Shown: positions 20,214 through 30,442, counted from the first letter of the stretch. The stretch: DNA of 64,000 nucleotides from Spirochaetia bacterium (GCA_965263295.1 OZ253665.1:2112001-2176000); one strand, 5' to 3'. The notes: generated by a model from the letters alone, not told the origin. Numbers and translations are program-made.

Positions 20214-21068
20214 TTATTGTAGCGGCAGGAAACCAGCTTCAGCAACGTAATCCTGACCTTCGTCACTCAGCAAGTAGTCGACAAACTGCTTCCTAAACCC
20301 CTCTAACGCACCCTTATACACGAGGTACAAGGAACGGGAGAGGGGGTAATTACCAGCGGCAATTTCTTCCTCAGTGGCGAAATGGCCGTCAATAGTGATC
20401 GGCGTGGCGGTGGATTGTAGTTGATGGACATAGCCCAGGCCGATGTAACCGACAGAATTGGGAGTGGAGCTCAATTTCAGAGCCATATCTCCATTGCTGA
20501 CAACAACCAGAGCGGAGCTTAGCGGCGCCTCTTTATCCAGAGCCAGTTCATCAAAGCTCGCCCGAGTTCCTGAACTTTCCTCACGAATCAGAACCACTAT
20601 GGCGGCATCGGCACCACCAACTTGCTTCCAGTTGGTAATCTTACCCGTAAAAATATCGTGCACTTGCTCGGTACTCAGACCAGTGACAGCTGTGCTCGTA
20701 TGGGTAACCACAGCGATACCGTCACGAGCGATGGCCACTTTCTCGACGCCCGCGCTAATTTCTGAGTCCTTCAATTCACGCGAAGAACCACCCAGCTCAT
20801 AGGAACCGCTCAGAGCACCTTTAATGCCATTACTGGAACCGACACCATCGTAAGAAATAGCATAAGAAGGATTTTTCTGGCGAAAGCCTTCAATCGCCAG
20901 CTGCATAATAGGGTCTACCGTAGTAGAACCTCCCAGGGTGTGCGAACCGCCGCCAGAGCTGCTAGAACCTTTAGCAAACATATGGGGGGCTGCAGTGACC
21001 AACAGAAATGAAGCGAGCGAAACTATAGCTACTTTGCTCCTGTGTTTAACATTGTGGGAAAACTTCAT
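20214..21068 (-). CDS. pstS: Phosphate ABC transporter substrate-binding protein
   Basis: GGSTTV, GSSNG, SSREL, DIFTGKITNW, REESSGTR and YPLSRSLY motifs; N-terminal signal; AAGGAG RBS. Confidence 0.93.
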   Translation of the reverse strand: MKFSHNVKHRSKVAIVSLASFLLVTAAPHMFAKGSSSSGGGSHTLGGSTTVDPIMQLAIEGFRQKNPSYAISYDGVGSSNGIKGALSGSYELGGSSRELKDSEISAGVEKVAIARDGIAVVTHTSTAVTGLSTEQVHDIFTGKITNWKQVGGADAAIVVLIREESSGTRASFDELALDKEAPLSSALVVVSNGDMALKLSSTPNSVGYIGLGYVHQLQSTATPITIDGHFATEEEIAAGNYPLSRSLYLVYKGALEGFRKQFVDYLLSDEGQDYVAEAGFLPLQ

Positions 21069-21209
21069 GAGTTTCTCCTTCGTAATTAGATTACTTTGGA
21101 TATACCAAAGCTTATATTTCCAATAAATATCAATAAAGCAATATCAAAGAAGAAGATACAAAAAAGAAAATCAGGGAATAAATATAATATGTGCACAGCA
21201 CGATAATCC

Positions 21210-21237
21210 ATTCTAAGGATTGGGGGCAGAAAGTCAA
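21210..21237 (-). promoter_or_regulatory. Candidate sigma-70 promoter for the pst operon
   Basis: TTGACT-N16-TAGAAT on the minus strand, about 140 nt upstream of pstS. Confidence 0.5.
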
Positions 21238-21369
21238 GAGCTCATAAGAAAACACCCTGTTTTTATCTCAATCTTTTATTTACCTATAATTTGCCTTCAA
21301 AACCACAGACCGAGCCTACAGGTATGAAAAAGATAAGGTCCTATTCATAAGAATTAACTAATAAAAAAT

Positions 21370-22482
21370 TCAAACATAAACGCGGGGGACACGAGCGCTA
21401 ATTGAAGTTAAGACTTCATACGGAATACTGTGGAGCTGCGCGGCGATATCTTGGGCATTCAAGCCTTGTTTGGCGCCAAGCAGTTGTACATCATGCTCAA
21501 GCAGATCTGCCGTATCCAGCTCCGGGTGTTGTGCGGCAAATTCCGTAATATCCACGACAGTCTGATCCATACAGACACGCCCCACTACCGGGCAAAGTTC
21601 GCCCCTCAGGCTTACTTGACCGCAGTTTGAGAGCAAACGCGAATAACCGTCGCCGTAACCGATGGGCAACAATGCCAGCAAGCTCGCGCGCGAGGCCTGC
21701 CAAGTACCGCCGTAAGAGACTTTATAGCCACATGGAACCTTTTTGACGAGCCCAATCCTAGTTTTCAAATTCAATACCGGGCGCAACTCTTCAGCCCCAT
21801 AGCCGTAGCCATAGGCTCCGATACCAATGCGCACCATATTAAAATGAGCCTGAGGGTAGCGCAGGGTCGCTGCCGAATTGGCGGCATGGACGCAGGGAAC
21901 AGTGATGCCCGCACATTGTAATTGGCGCTTTACGGCCATAAAACATTCTAATTGGGCCAGAGTATCCGCTTCCCCACGAGCTTCGTCAGCCGAAGCAAAA
22001 TGCGTACAAAGGCCATAGAGTTCTAAATTAGGGTAAGCCAAGACCTCACCGGCCAAGTCTACCGCTGCCTCGCTCAAAACTCCAGCCCGGCCCATGCCCG
22101 TGTCCACTTTCAAGTGCAGACGCAGGCGCTGACCGCGCCGCGCCGCTTCGCGCTGGTAGTCCTGCAAATAAGCCCCGTGACTGATCAAGGGTTCCAAGCC
22201 CAGTTCACACAACTCTGGAATCTCTTCGCGCAAATGGGGCGAGAGTAGGATTATTGGCTGAGTTATGCCAGATTGGCGCAAGGTCTCCCCTTCGCACAAT
22301 CTGGCTACAGCAAAAACGTCAACTAACGCCTGCGCATGCCAACTCAGACCTGCCAAGCCATGGCCGTAGGCATTTGCCTTGACCGCCAGGCACAGACAGG
22401 TAGACGGTCCCAAGCGAGAACGAAAATATGCCAAGTTGGCATCAAAGTCCGCTAAGCTAATTTCTGCCTGAGTTGCCCGCAC
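21370..22482 (-). CDS. alr: Alanine racemase
   Basis: AVKANAYGHG (PLP lysine), HLKVDTGMGR, HAANSAA, VSYGG, GRVCMDQ, IPYEV. Confidence 0.95.
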   Translation of the reverse strand: MRATQAEISLADFDANLAYFRSRLGPSTCLCLAVKANAYGHGLAGLSWHAQALVDVFAVARLCEGETLRQSGITQPIILLSPHLREEIPELCELGLEPLISHGAYLQDYQREAARRGQRLRLHLKVDTGMGRAGVLSEAAVDLAGEVLAYPNLELYGLCTHFASADEARGEADTLAQLECFMAVKRQLQCAGITVPCVHAANSAATLRYPQAHFNMVRIGIGAYGYGYGAEELRPVLNLKTRIGLVKKVPCGYKVSYGGTWQASRASLLALLPIGYGDGYSRLLSNCGQVSLRGELCPVVGRVCMDQTVVDITEFAAQHPELDTADLLEHDVQLLGAKQGLNAQDIAAQLHSIPYEVLTSISARVPRVYV

Positions 22483-23852
22483 CTTCTTCCTTGCTTTTTT
22501 TCATAATTTCGGAGCACGGCAAAAATCACCGAAGACAAGCCCAAGATAGCAATCAAGTTGGGGATTGCCATCAAAACGTTGAATGTGTCGCAAACGTTCC
22601 AGACAAAGTTTAGTGGAATAACCGCACCGAAAAAAGACATAATGGCCCAGAAAATCTGGTAGAATAAAGTGAATCTAGAGCTTCCAATAAGATATTCAAA
22701 GCATTTAGAACCGTAATAATACCAGGCAAGAATAGTCGAGAATGCAGACAGCGTAATGGCCAAGACCACAATATAACGCCCACCCTTAATTAGCTTGTCG
22801 AAAGCCTCCGTGGTCAGAAGCACCCCAGAAAGGCCGTCCTTCACACTCAACATGCCACCGGCGCCATCAAAGCCAATAAAACCCGACAGCAAAAGAACTA
22901 AAGCTGTCATAGTACACACGACAATAGTGCAAAAAAAACAATTGAGTGAAGCAATCAACCCCTGTTTTACCGGATCTTTGGCATTCGACGCCGCATGCAC
23001 GATCGGGGTAGTGCCCAGACCTGCTTCATTGGTAAACATACTACGAGCCACACCGTAACGAATTACGGAGCCCAACAGGCCCCCCTGCACGGCTCTACCG
23101 TCAAAAGCACAAGCAAAAATCAGCTGAAAGACTCCAGCCAGGCGATCCCAATTGACAAGCAGGATAGTTAAACTCGCAATTACATAAAAAACCGCCATAA
23201 ATGGCACCAGGAAGGCTGCGACATTCCCCAAGCGTTTAATACCACCGATTATCACTAGACCGACTACCGCGGCCAGGACAATTCCACAGACATAGACATT
23301 GATGTGAAACAAGCTCTTCAAGCTGTCTGCGATGGAATTTGCCTGAACTAGGTTGCCGGTACCAAAAGTAGCAACGGCTCCAAACAGAGCAAACAAAATG
23401 CCCAACCACTTATAGTTACCACCATATTTCTCCTCCATACCGCGGCTGCAATAGTACATCGGCCCGCCGCTCCGTTCGCCACGCGCATTGGTAATGCGAT
23501 ATTTTAGCGACAACACCGTCTCTCCAAATTGGGTGGCGCCGCCAAAAATCGCCGTAACCCACATCCAAAATATAGCCCCTGGTCCACCTGAAGCGATGGC
23601 AGTCGCGACGCCAACGATATTGCCGGTCCCAATTATCCCTGAGAGGGCCAGCATCAAGGACTGGAATGGCGAAATAGCAACGCATCCTTCACCTTTACCT
23701 TTGAGTGAGGCCAAAACTTTTCCCATCTTGCGATATTGGACCATCCTGGTGCCCACACTCAAGAACAGTCCTGTCCCGACCAGAACGGCTAGCATTACTG
23801 GTCCCCAGACAAAACTATTAATAGACAAAAAAATCTTTGTTATATTTTCCAT
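22452..23852 (-). CDS. Alanine/glycine:cation symporter (AgcS/AlsT family)
   Basis: GTGNIVGVATAI, GGPGAIFWMW, GGPMYY, FTNEAGLG and MAIPNLIA motifs. Confidence 0.92.
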   Translation of the reverse strand: MENITKIFLSINSFVWGPVMLAVLVGTGLFLSVGTRMVQYRKMGKVLASLKGKGEGCVAISPFQSLMLALSGIIGTGNIVGVATAIASGGPGAIFWMWVTAIFGGATQFGETVLSLKYRITNARGERSGGPMYYCSRGMEEKYGGNYKWLGILFALFGAVATFGTGNLVQANSIADSLKSLFHINVYVCGIVLAAVVGLVIIGGIKRLGNVAAFLVPFMAVFYVIASLTILLVNWDRLAGVFQLIFACAFDGRAVQGGLLGSVIRYGVARSMFTNEAGLGTTPIVHAASNAKDPVKQGLIASLNCFFCTIVVCTMTALVLLLSGFIGFDGAGGMLSVKDGLSGVLLTTEAFDKLIKGGRYIVVLAITLSAFSTILAWYYYGSKCFEYLIGSSRFTLFYQIFWAIMSFFGAVIPLNFVWNVCDTFNVLMAIPNLIAILGLSSVIFAVLRNYEKKQGRRCGQLRQKLA

Positions 23853-23904
23853 AAAGATATCTCAATAACAATTTTAAATATAAAATATTCAGATAAAATA
23901 AGGC

Positions 23905-25008
23905 TTATGAAGCTTTAAAAGCGCTGTAAGGTTTCCCCAGGCTGTGCGCCACAGCTTCACAACAGAGCTTGCCTTGATAAGTATTCAAGCCTTTTGACAA
24001 ATACGGATCCTGCAGTGCCATTTTCAGGTCCTTGGCCAGAGCTAAACCGTGATGCAAGGTTGTCGCAGTCAGGGCGAGAGTTGAAGTATGAGCCACCGCA
24101 CCGGGCATATTGGCCACGCAATAATGGACGATTCCCTGCTCCTCAAAAACCGGCTCGGAGTGCGTGGTCGCTCGCGAAGTTTCGGCACAGCCTCCCTGAT
24201 CAATGGCCACATCGACGATTACAGCATGGGGCTTCATCAAGGCCAAGTGGCTCCTTTTAATAATTTTAGGCGCGCTTTCGCCGGCAACCAGGACGGCGCC
24301 AATTACCAGGTCGGCAGAGCCCAGGGCACAAGCCAAGTTTTCAGCATTGGAGTAAAGAGTCGTCAAACGGTTGCCGTAAATTTCTTCCATGTGGGCCAGT
24401 TGCTGGAGGTTGATATCCAAAACGGTGACCTTCGCTCCCAATCCGACGGCCATCTGCACCGCATTGCGGCCGACGAACCCGGCCCCAATAACCACGACAT
24501 GACCTCGCTCGACAGAGCTGACACCGCCCAACAATATGCCGCGACCGCCGTAATGATTGAGGAGATATTTGCTTCCTTCCATAAGCGCCAATCGCCCGGC
24601 AATACAACTCATCGGCATCAAGCACGGCAATATGCCATGACAGTCGGTAATAGTCTCATAAGCGACGGCAGTCACCTTGGACTCCAGCAGTTTCTCGGTT
24701 AACTGGGGCGCTCCAGCCAGATGCAAATAAGTATACAGCAAGAGATCCTCACGAAAGTAGGCATACTCTTCTGGCAATGGCTCTTTGACTTTGATGATCA
24801 TCTGGCTACGCGCCCAGACATCTGTCGCCTGCGGCAGCAGCTCGGCCCCCGCCTGGCGGTACTCTTCATCGCTGAAACCAGCGCCGGCGCCGGCGCCATT
24901 CTGCACCCGCACCTGGTGGCCTGCGCCAATATACGCAGCCACATCTTTTGGCGTGGCGGCAACCCGATATTCATGAACCTTTATTTCTTTAGGGATTCCT
25001 ATGTTCAT
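23905..25008 (-). CDS. ald: Alanine dehydrogenase
   Basis: IGIPKEIK..EYRVA, KVKEP, YLHLA, DVAIDQGGC and YCVANMPGAV motifs; ATG at 25008 after AAGGAG. Confidence 0.95.
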   Translation of the reverse strand: MNIGIPKEIKVHEYRVAATPKDVAAYIGAGHQVRVQNGAGAGAGFSDEEYRQAGAELLPQATDVWARSQMIIKVKEPLPEEYAYFREDLLLYTYLHLAGAPQLTEKLLESKVTAVAYETITDCHGILPCLMPMSCIAGRLALMEGSKYLLNHYGGRGILLGGVSSVERGHVVVIGAGFVGRNAVQMAVGLGAKVTVLDINLQQLAHMEEIYGNRLTTLYSNAENLACALGSADLVIGAVLVAGESAPKIIKRSHLALMKPHAVIVDVAIDQGGCAETSRATTHSEPVFEEQGIVHYCVANMPGAVAHTSTLALTATTLHHGLALAKDLKMALQDPYLSKGLNTYQGKLCCEAVAHSLGKPYSAFKAS

Positions 25009-25194
25009 AGTCTTGTACTCCTTATTTGAGATGAGATTATATGATTGTAACACGAGAAAACAGATTAAGCAATAAATATTTTATAAAAATAATATTTTAA
25101 TATATTTTATTAATGTGTGTAGGCCTGCTGACCTCTTGGCAAGCTGGAATATACTCGAAAGGCATCCATTATAGTAGCAGGCACGGACTAATTT

Positions 25195-25750
25195 AGGCTC
25201 AGGAACCATTGACTTGTCGTCCCAGGGTCAATGGACAAACATGTCCAGAGCGGTATTGTCTTCATTATTGCAATAGTTCATGCTGCAGCGATGCGCCGCA
25301 TTAATACGGCCCCCCCCCCGAGAGGAACACTTTCAAGCGTTTTGTGCCACCGGTCAAGCCAAGCGCCCCACAGACTGGACATGTTGATGATTGATGCCTC
25401 CCGTCTCAAGGCACACCGCACGGCATCGAGCCTCGAAATAAGGGTGGCGAGCCACGCTTGATCTGGCGTACCGTTCAATTTCTGACTGATGGTGCAGGGC
25501 GCCCACTCCGGCTGTATCTAACAGAAGGGTAACGAAGTTATTTCAAAGGTGCGGATGTTTTGCTTTCTGAGTTGCCAGCGGCGCAAATGTTGATTACGGA
25601 TCGGGGTTACGATAGTTTTAGAATAAGAAAAATACTTGCAGATCAGAATATTGCGAGTTGTATTCCCTGTGGCAAGAACAATAAGGAGCCTGTGGCATAC
25701 TGGGTTATAAAAATCGCCATAAAGTCGAGAATATTTTTGCTAAACTGGAC
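25195..25750 (+). mobile_element. IS5-family element A relic (copy 3), including probable left end
   Basis: OrfA remnant VQSGIVFII../DAP.*YGP, then MIDASRLKAHRTASSL, TDRGYDS, CIPCGKNNK; homologous to 11821-12250; candidate left end AGGCTCAGGAACCATTGA. Confidence 0.8.
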
Positions 25751-25884
25751 TGTAGGACTTGAAACAAAGCTGCGTAGAGGCGCCAGGTTTGGTCAAAATA
25801 ACGGAGTAACTCTGCGCGTTTTTCCCGCTCGTCTTCTCCTGTAAGAAAAATGGTTTGATGATCCCGGATCAGGTCGTTTTCCAT
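25747..25884 (-). pseudogene. ovoA: 5' fragment (46 codons) resembling ovothiol biosynthesis sulfoxide synthase OvoA, truncated at the IS relic
   Basis: The minus strand reads MENDLIRDHQTIFLTGEDEREKRAELLRYFDQTWRLYAALFQVLQS, then runs into IS sequence (stop at 25705-25707); matches the KRxExxxYFxxTWxxYxxLFxxL pattern I recall from the OvoA N-terminus. Confidence 0.6.
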
Positions 25885-26112
25885 GATGAGCTCTCGAATT
25901 CAATCCCTTAAAAAGCTTATATACATTTTATTAACGATCAATTATGCAAGTGAAGCCGCCCCGCAAACCGGTGAAACGGGCTGAGTGGCTGAGAGAATGG
26001 AACGCTGATCATGAGGAGACTTTGAGGTGACTTTTCGTTCCATGACGATATATTGCACAGAGACAAGGTGTGACTCTGTTTGTTAAGAATTCTCAAATTG
26101 TTTTAAACCGCT

Positions 26113-27096
26113 TTAAGCTGCTTGGCCCTGTGTCTTTTGGGCAATTAACGTCGCGAAGAGGCCACGCAGCGGCAAACCATCTGGGGTAAGTTTACCCAAA
26201 TGACCATAGCTCTCGCGGTACTCCAGAATGCTCCAACCCTGCCGCATATACCAATATTTGACTTCGTCGCTCTGAGGAAGGAAGTGGAAGCCGCCAGGCC
26301 AGATGATACTTGCGTGTTGGCTGGCAATAGGGAAAACAGCTAGATGCATCGCACCTGGATGGGCCTTTTCCATGCAGTGGTGCAATAATTCCCTGGCGGC
26401 TTGGGCTTGGAGGAACTGGAGGCTGACGATGGCCATGGCCATATCGTGCAGTGGGGCTTCGCGCCAGCTGTTCAGGTCGACTTGCTGGCTTTGCAGTTTA
26501 CCTTTCAGGCCTTTGGTCTGCGCCATAGAGTTCCAAGCTGCCAGGCTGTCGGGGTTTTTTTCCAAGCCTAGAACCTGGTATTCATGCTCGGCATCCCCCG
26601 CGAAGATCACGGCATTGCGCCCACGACCACTGCCAATATCCAGGACTTTTAGGGGACGCTGGCCGTACTCTGGGTGCAAATGACTGTAATACGCTTTAAA
26701 GTAAGCTACTTCGCTATGGGGTTGGCCCAGGCCGTTAATGCTGTTGAATTTCTTGTTAAAGGACAGGTTGGGTATGGTCAAAAACTCGGCGTTTCCAGCG
26801 ATGCTTTCGCTGCCGGGGGCGAGGTGCAGCTGAAAAAATTGTGAGGGCAACAGGGTGTAAGCTTGACTGGCGCTAAGTTGCTGTTTGCCGCAGAACTCTA
26901 GGTTGAGACTTTCGTTTTGTTTTTGCTCTGACTGGTAACTGGTAGCAAGCTTGTGCAGCGACAGCTCTAACTGGCCCACACCTTCAGGCTTTAGCCGGAG
27001 CCAGACGCCTTCCGGCACAACTTGTACATCTTCTTTGATTAAATGGCTCAGTTCTATTGTTTGGAAAATACTGAGTCGAGGAAATTTTAGGGACAT
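26113..27096 (-). CDS. tehB: TehB-like SAM-dependent methyltransferase with an N-terminal extra domain
   Basis: PHSEV, VLDIGSGRGRNA (SAM motif I), WSILEYRE..GHL...DG..LRGLFATLIAQK matches the TehB C-terminus. Confidence 0.8.
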   Translation of the reverse strand: MSLKFPRLSIFQTIELSHLIKEDVQVVPEGVWLRLKPEGVGQLELSLHKLATSYQSEQKQNESLNLEFCGKQQLSASQAYTLLPSQFFQLHLAPGSESIAGNAEFLTIPNLSFNKKFNSINGLGQPHSEVAYFKAYYSHLHPEYGQRPLKVLDIGSGRGRNAVIFAGDAEHEYQVLGLEKNPDSLAAWNSMAQTKGLKGKLQSQQVDLNSWREAPLHDMAMAIVSLQFLQAQAARELLHHCMEKAHPGAMHLAVFPIASQHASIIWPGGFHFLPQSDEVKYWYMRQGWSILEYRESYGHLGKLTPDGLPLRGLFATLIAQKTQGQAA

Positions 27097-27350
27097 AGGC
27101 TCTCCGATAAAGACGAGAAAATACAGACAATTATAATGGTTTTATAACAAATTTAGCAAGGCCCACAGGCAGCTATGTACTTATATCTCGTGCTATGTTG
27201 GCTTGGACTTCAGATAATGTCAAAAAAATATCTGTGATGGAAAGAAATTTGCAAATACGGTGATTGCGTCATAAAATTTTTCTTGTACACTGGCAAATTG
27301 TATATAGTACAAGAAGATTATCTGTTTCTAGGTTTACATAGGGGGTCTTA

Positions 27351-27767
27351 ATGCTTGAACATACTACGTTTGGGAAGACATTAGGTATTTTGGAGCGCTC
27401 AATGGAGGTCGCCAGTTTGCGTAGGGATGTAATTGCAAACAACCTGGCGAATGCAAGTACCCCCAATTTTAAGCGCAGCCAAGTCTCTTTTGAAGCTGAG
27501 CTCGGTCGCGCCCTGGCTTCAGAACAGGAACCTGTAATTCCGATAAAGAAAACGAACCACCGACATATTGATCCCTTCCAAGCCAAGGACTATAAAAATG
27601 TTCGGCCTCGCCGAACTTTGGATTATCTCAGTCAGAGTGATAACAATGGCAATAATGTCGATTACGATCAGGAAGTCGGAGATGCGTTGAAAAATCAAAT
27701 GCGTTATGAATCTATGGCCGCTACAATTGGCTTTCAGTTCGGCCAGATTAAGAAAGTTTTATCTTAG
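27351..27767 (+). CDS. flgB: Flagellar basal-body rod protein
   Basis: VIANNLANASTPNFK and NNGNNVD motifs. Confidence 0.95.
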   Translation: MLEHTTFGKTLGILERSMEVASLRRDVIANNLANASTPNFKRSQVSFEAELGRALASEQEPVIPIKKTNHRHIDPFQAKDYKNVRPRRTLDYLSQSDNNGNNVDYDQEVGDALKNQMRYESMAATIGFQFGQIKKVLS

Positions 27768-27793
27768 TTTTGCGGAAGGTTGGGAGATTAATT

Positions 27794-28252
27794 ATGGGTA
27801 TTTTTTCTGCCATTAATATCGCCAGTTCCGGCATGAGCGCACAAAATGTGCGCAAGGATGTTATTGCCAACAACATCGCCAACGCCAATACCACGCGTAC
27901 ACCTGAAGGGGGGCCATTCCGTCGCAGCCGCACGATCTTGCGGACTGCGAATTCACAGCCATACTGGCGCTCTCCGTTTTTGCCGGCGGCTTTGGACAAC
28001 GGTATTGGTGCGGGCGTGAAGGTAGACAAGATAGACAAGGACATGAGCGATACTCGCCTGGTTTATGACCCCACTCATCCTGATGCCCACAAAACAGGCA
28101 AGCTGGCTGGGTATGTCGAATACCCCAACGTCAACGTTATGGAAGAGATGGTGGATATGACGGAAGTTCAGCGAGCTTACGAGGCTAATGCAAGAATTGC
28201 GGACGGCTCGAAAAGTATGTATAAAAGTGTTGTTGATCTTTTGCGTGGATAA
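27794..28252 (+). CDS. flgC: Flagellar basal-body rod protein
   Basis: IANNIANANTTRT, YDPTHPDA, YPNVNVMEEMVDM, RAYEAN. Confidence 0.95.
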   Translation: MGIFSAINIASSGMSAQNVRKDVIANNIANANTTRTPEGGPFRRSRTILRTANSQPYWRSPFLPAALDNGIGAGVKVDKIDKDMSDTRLVYDPTHPDAHKTGKLAGYVEYPNVNVMEEMVDMTEVQRAYEANARIADGSKSMYKSVVDLLRG

Positions 28253-28287
28253 TGATAGTTTTAGCCCGCAATTCTTAGAGGACATGC

Positions 28288-28647
28288 ATGAACATATTAC
28301 GTGAGTTACCAACTTTGTACCCTAAAAATATCCAGAGCCTTGGCCCAGACCTCCGGGCAACGAGCCCCCTGCATCTCAAGAAAGATGGAGAAATGCAGGG
28401 TACTGTCAGTGCACAAAGAGGAGAACTGGGAACTTTCGGCAATATGGTCCTGGATGCTTTGGGTCAGACTAATAATCAAATTTTGAATAGCCAGTTGTTG
28501 CAGCAACAAGCCATTGTAAGCCCCGACTCCGTAGATCCTTCTACTCTAGTAGTGAGCATGCTCAAGGCCGATATGAGCTTGAGCATGAGCAAGGCGGTGA
28601 TAGACCGTGCCACTGCTGCGTATAAAGAGCTGACTACGCTTCGTTAA
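28288..28647 (+). CDS. fliE: Flagellar hook-basal body protein
   Basis: Position between flgC and fliF; KADMSLS..KAVIDRA..AYKEL C-terminus. Confidence 0.85.
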   Translation: MNILRELPTLYPKNIQSLGPDLRATSPLHLKKDGEMQGTVSAQRGELGTFGNMVLDALGQTNNQILNSQLLQQQAIVSPDSVDPSTLVVSMLKADMSLSMSKAVIDRATAAYKELTTLR

Positions 28648-28738
28648 AGCCCTTGAGTCGCCCCCGGGAGCGCCTTGAGGCACCTTTGGGGCGGAACGAA
28701 GCAGGGTATAAGGGAACTTTTATGAGGGGGCATGTTGA

Positions 28739-30442
28739 ATGGGTGATTTCTTTCAAAACATCCGCAATGCCATAACGAATAATTGGAGCAATTGGTCTCT
28801 AGCACAGCGGTCCATCGGTATTGGGGTCGTTGTTTTGCTTTTGGCTGGCTTTATATCGCTTTTTTTCTGGGGCGGTTCTCCTTCGCAGACGGCTGTGTTT
28901 AACGTAGCCATTCAGGATCAGGATGCTCTGGACCGCATGGCAATGCGTCTGGATCAAGAAAATATTCCCTATGCCATCGACGATGGAAAGATCTATGTGG
29001 CGGATAGCCATACCTCGCGCAAGGTGCGGGCCCTATTGGTTCAAGCTGACCTAGTGCCCAATAGTTTAGACCCCTGGGCCGTGTTTGACGTTCAACGCTG
29101 GACGACTTCGCAGTTTGAGAACGATGTGCGCTTGCGGCAAGCTATTACCCTTAGCCTGGAACAACATATTACGGCTCTGGATACTATTGACAGCACTTCG
29201 GTAACCTTGGTCATCCCCAAAAGAGAAGTATTGAGGGACATGCAGCAGCCTGCAAAGGCTTCTGTGATTTTAACACCTAAACCCGGCGCGAATTTGCAGG
29301 AAGATAAGAAGCAAATTGAAGGAATTGTAAGGCTAATTAGCTTCGCGGTAAGTGGTTTAAGTGCGGATAATATCACGATATTAGACAACAATGGCTCGGT
29401 ATTAAATGATTTTGAAAGTCTTAAAGACTTTGATCGTTTGGCACTGGGGGCTAAGGTCTTAAAACAAAAGAAAATTGAAGAAGCTGAGCTTACGCGTAAG
29501 ATTGCGCAGTCTCTAAGTACTATTGTCGGACGCGAGCGTGTGGAAATCATCAATGTGGCCATAGATCTGGATTATGTGGATCGCAGGGAAAAGTCGAAGG
29601 AATACTTGCCCATTACTTTAAAGGAAGATAATCCAGCCACCCCTTACGATGAAACAGAAGTCTTAGCTCCCGCGCCTGTCTCTATGGCTATCACGAAGGA
29701 AAATTTTGAAGGCAGTGCTTTTAACCCAGAAGGGCCTGCAGGCCAGGAGGGGCAGACTCCGCCGGCTTACAAAGAGCTGGAGAATACGCCCGGCAAATAC
29801 GTTAAAGATTCTACAGTCAACAACTATCAATACGGAGAGCGCGAAAAAGAAGAGGTCGCAAGCCCGCTGGAAACCAAGAGAATTGCGATTGGCGTGGCGA
29901 TTGATGGTACTTGGGAACGTGTCTATGACGACTCGGGGAACTTGAAGATTGTCAATGGTAAAATTCAGCGCGAATACGAGCCTGTGCCTCAAGAAGTGTT
30001 GGAAAGTATTCGCAATGTCTTGGAGAATTCTCTCGGAATTAATGAAGATCGAGGGGATACCGTTACGGTCGAAAATATTCCGTTTGACCACAGCGGTGAG
30101 TTCGCTTTGGAAAATGAGGCCTACGCGGCACAGAAGGCTCGGCAGCGCATACTGTTGATATTGCTTGGAATCTTGGTTGGCTTGATAATATTAGGCTTGC
30201 TGTTCCGTATCGTCATGCAAGAGCGTGAACGCCGCAGGCGTGCACGCGAAGAAGAGCTGGCCCGACAGCACCAGGCAATGCGTGAAGCCGCACTGCGTGC
30301 GGCGGAAGAAGATATCGCCAGCTCACAGATGGCTGTGGCAAGTCGAGGCAATGTCGAGCTGCAAGAAAGTGCGATCAATCTAACTCGGGATAACCCGCAA
30401 GGTGTGGCACAGTTAATCCGGATGTGGATTGCCGATGACTAG
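28739..30442 (+). CDS. fliF: Flagellar MS-ring protein
   Basis: Two TM segments; AKASVIL, AVSGLSADNITILDNNG, RGDTVTVENIPF, VAQLIRMW. Confidence 0.93.
   Translation: MGDFFQNIRNAITNNWSNWSLAQRSIGIGVVVLLLAGFISLFFWGGSPSQTAVFNVAIQDQDALDRMAMRLDQENIPYAIDDGKIYVADSHTSRKVRALLVQADLVPNSLDPWAVFDVQRWTTSQFENDVRLRQAITLSLEQHITALDTIDSTSVTLVIPKREVLRDMQQPAKASVILTPKPGANLQEDKKQIEGIVRLISFAVSGLSADNITILDNNGSVLNDFESLKDFDRLALGAKVLKQKKIEEAELTRKIAQSLSTIVGRERVEIINVAIDLDYVDRREKSKEYLPITLKEDNPATPYDETEVLAPAPVSMAITKENFEGSAFNPEGPAGQEGQTPPAYKELENTPGKYVKDSTVNNYQYGEREKEEVASPLETKRIAIGVAIDGTWERVYDDSGNLKIVNGKIQREYEPVPQEVLESIRNVLENSLGINEDRGDTVTVENIPFDHSGEFALENEAYAAQKARQRILLILLGILVGLIILGLLFRIVMQERERRRRAREEELARQHQAMREAALRAAEEDIASSQMAVASRGNVELQESAINLTRDNPQGVAQLIRMWIADD

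Noticed and set aside
25955..25995. GCAAACCGGTGAAACGGG resembles the start of a c-di-GMP-I riboswitch
   Set aside because: The following GACGCAAAGC and P3 elements are absent, and no sense-strand gene follows
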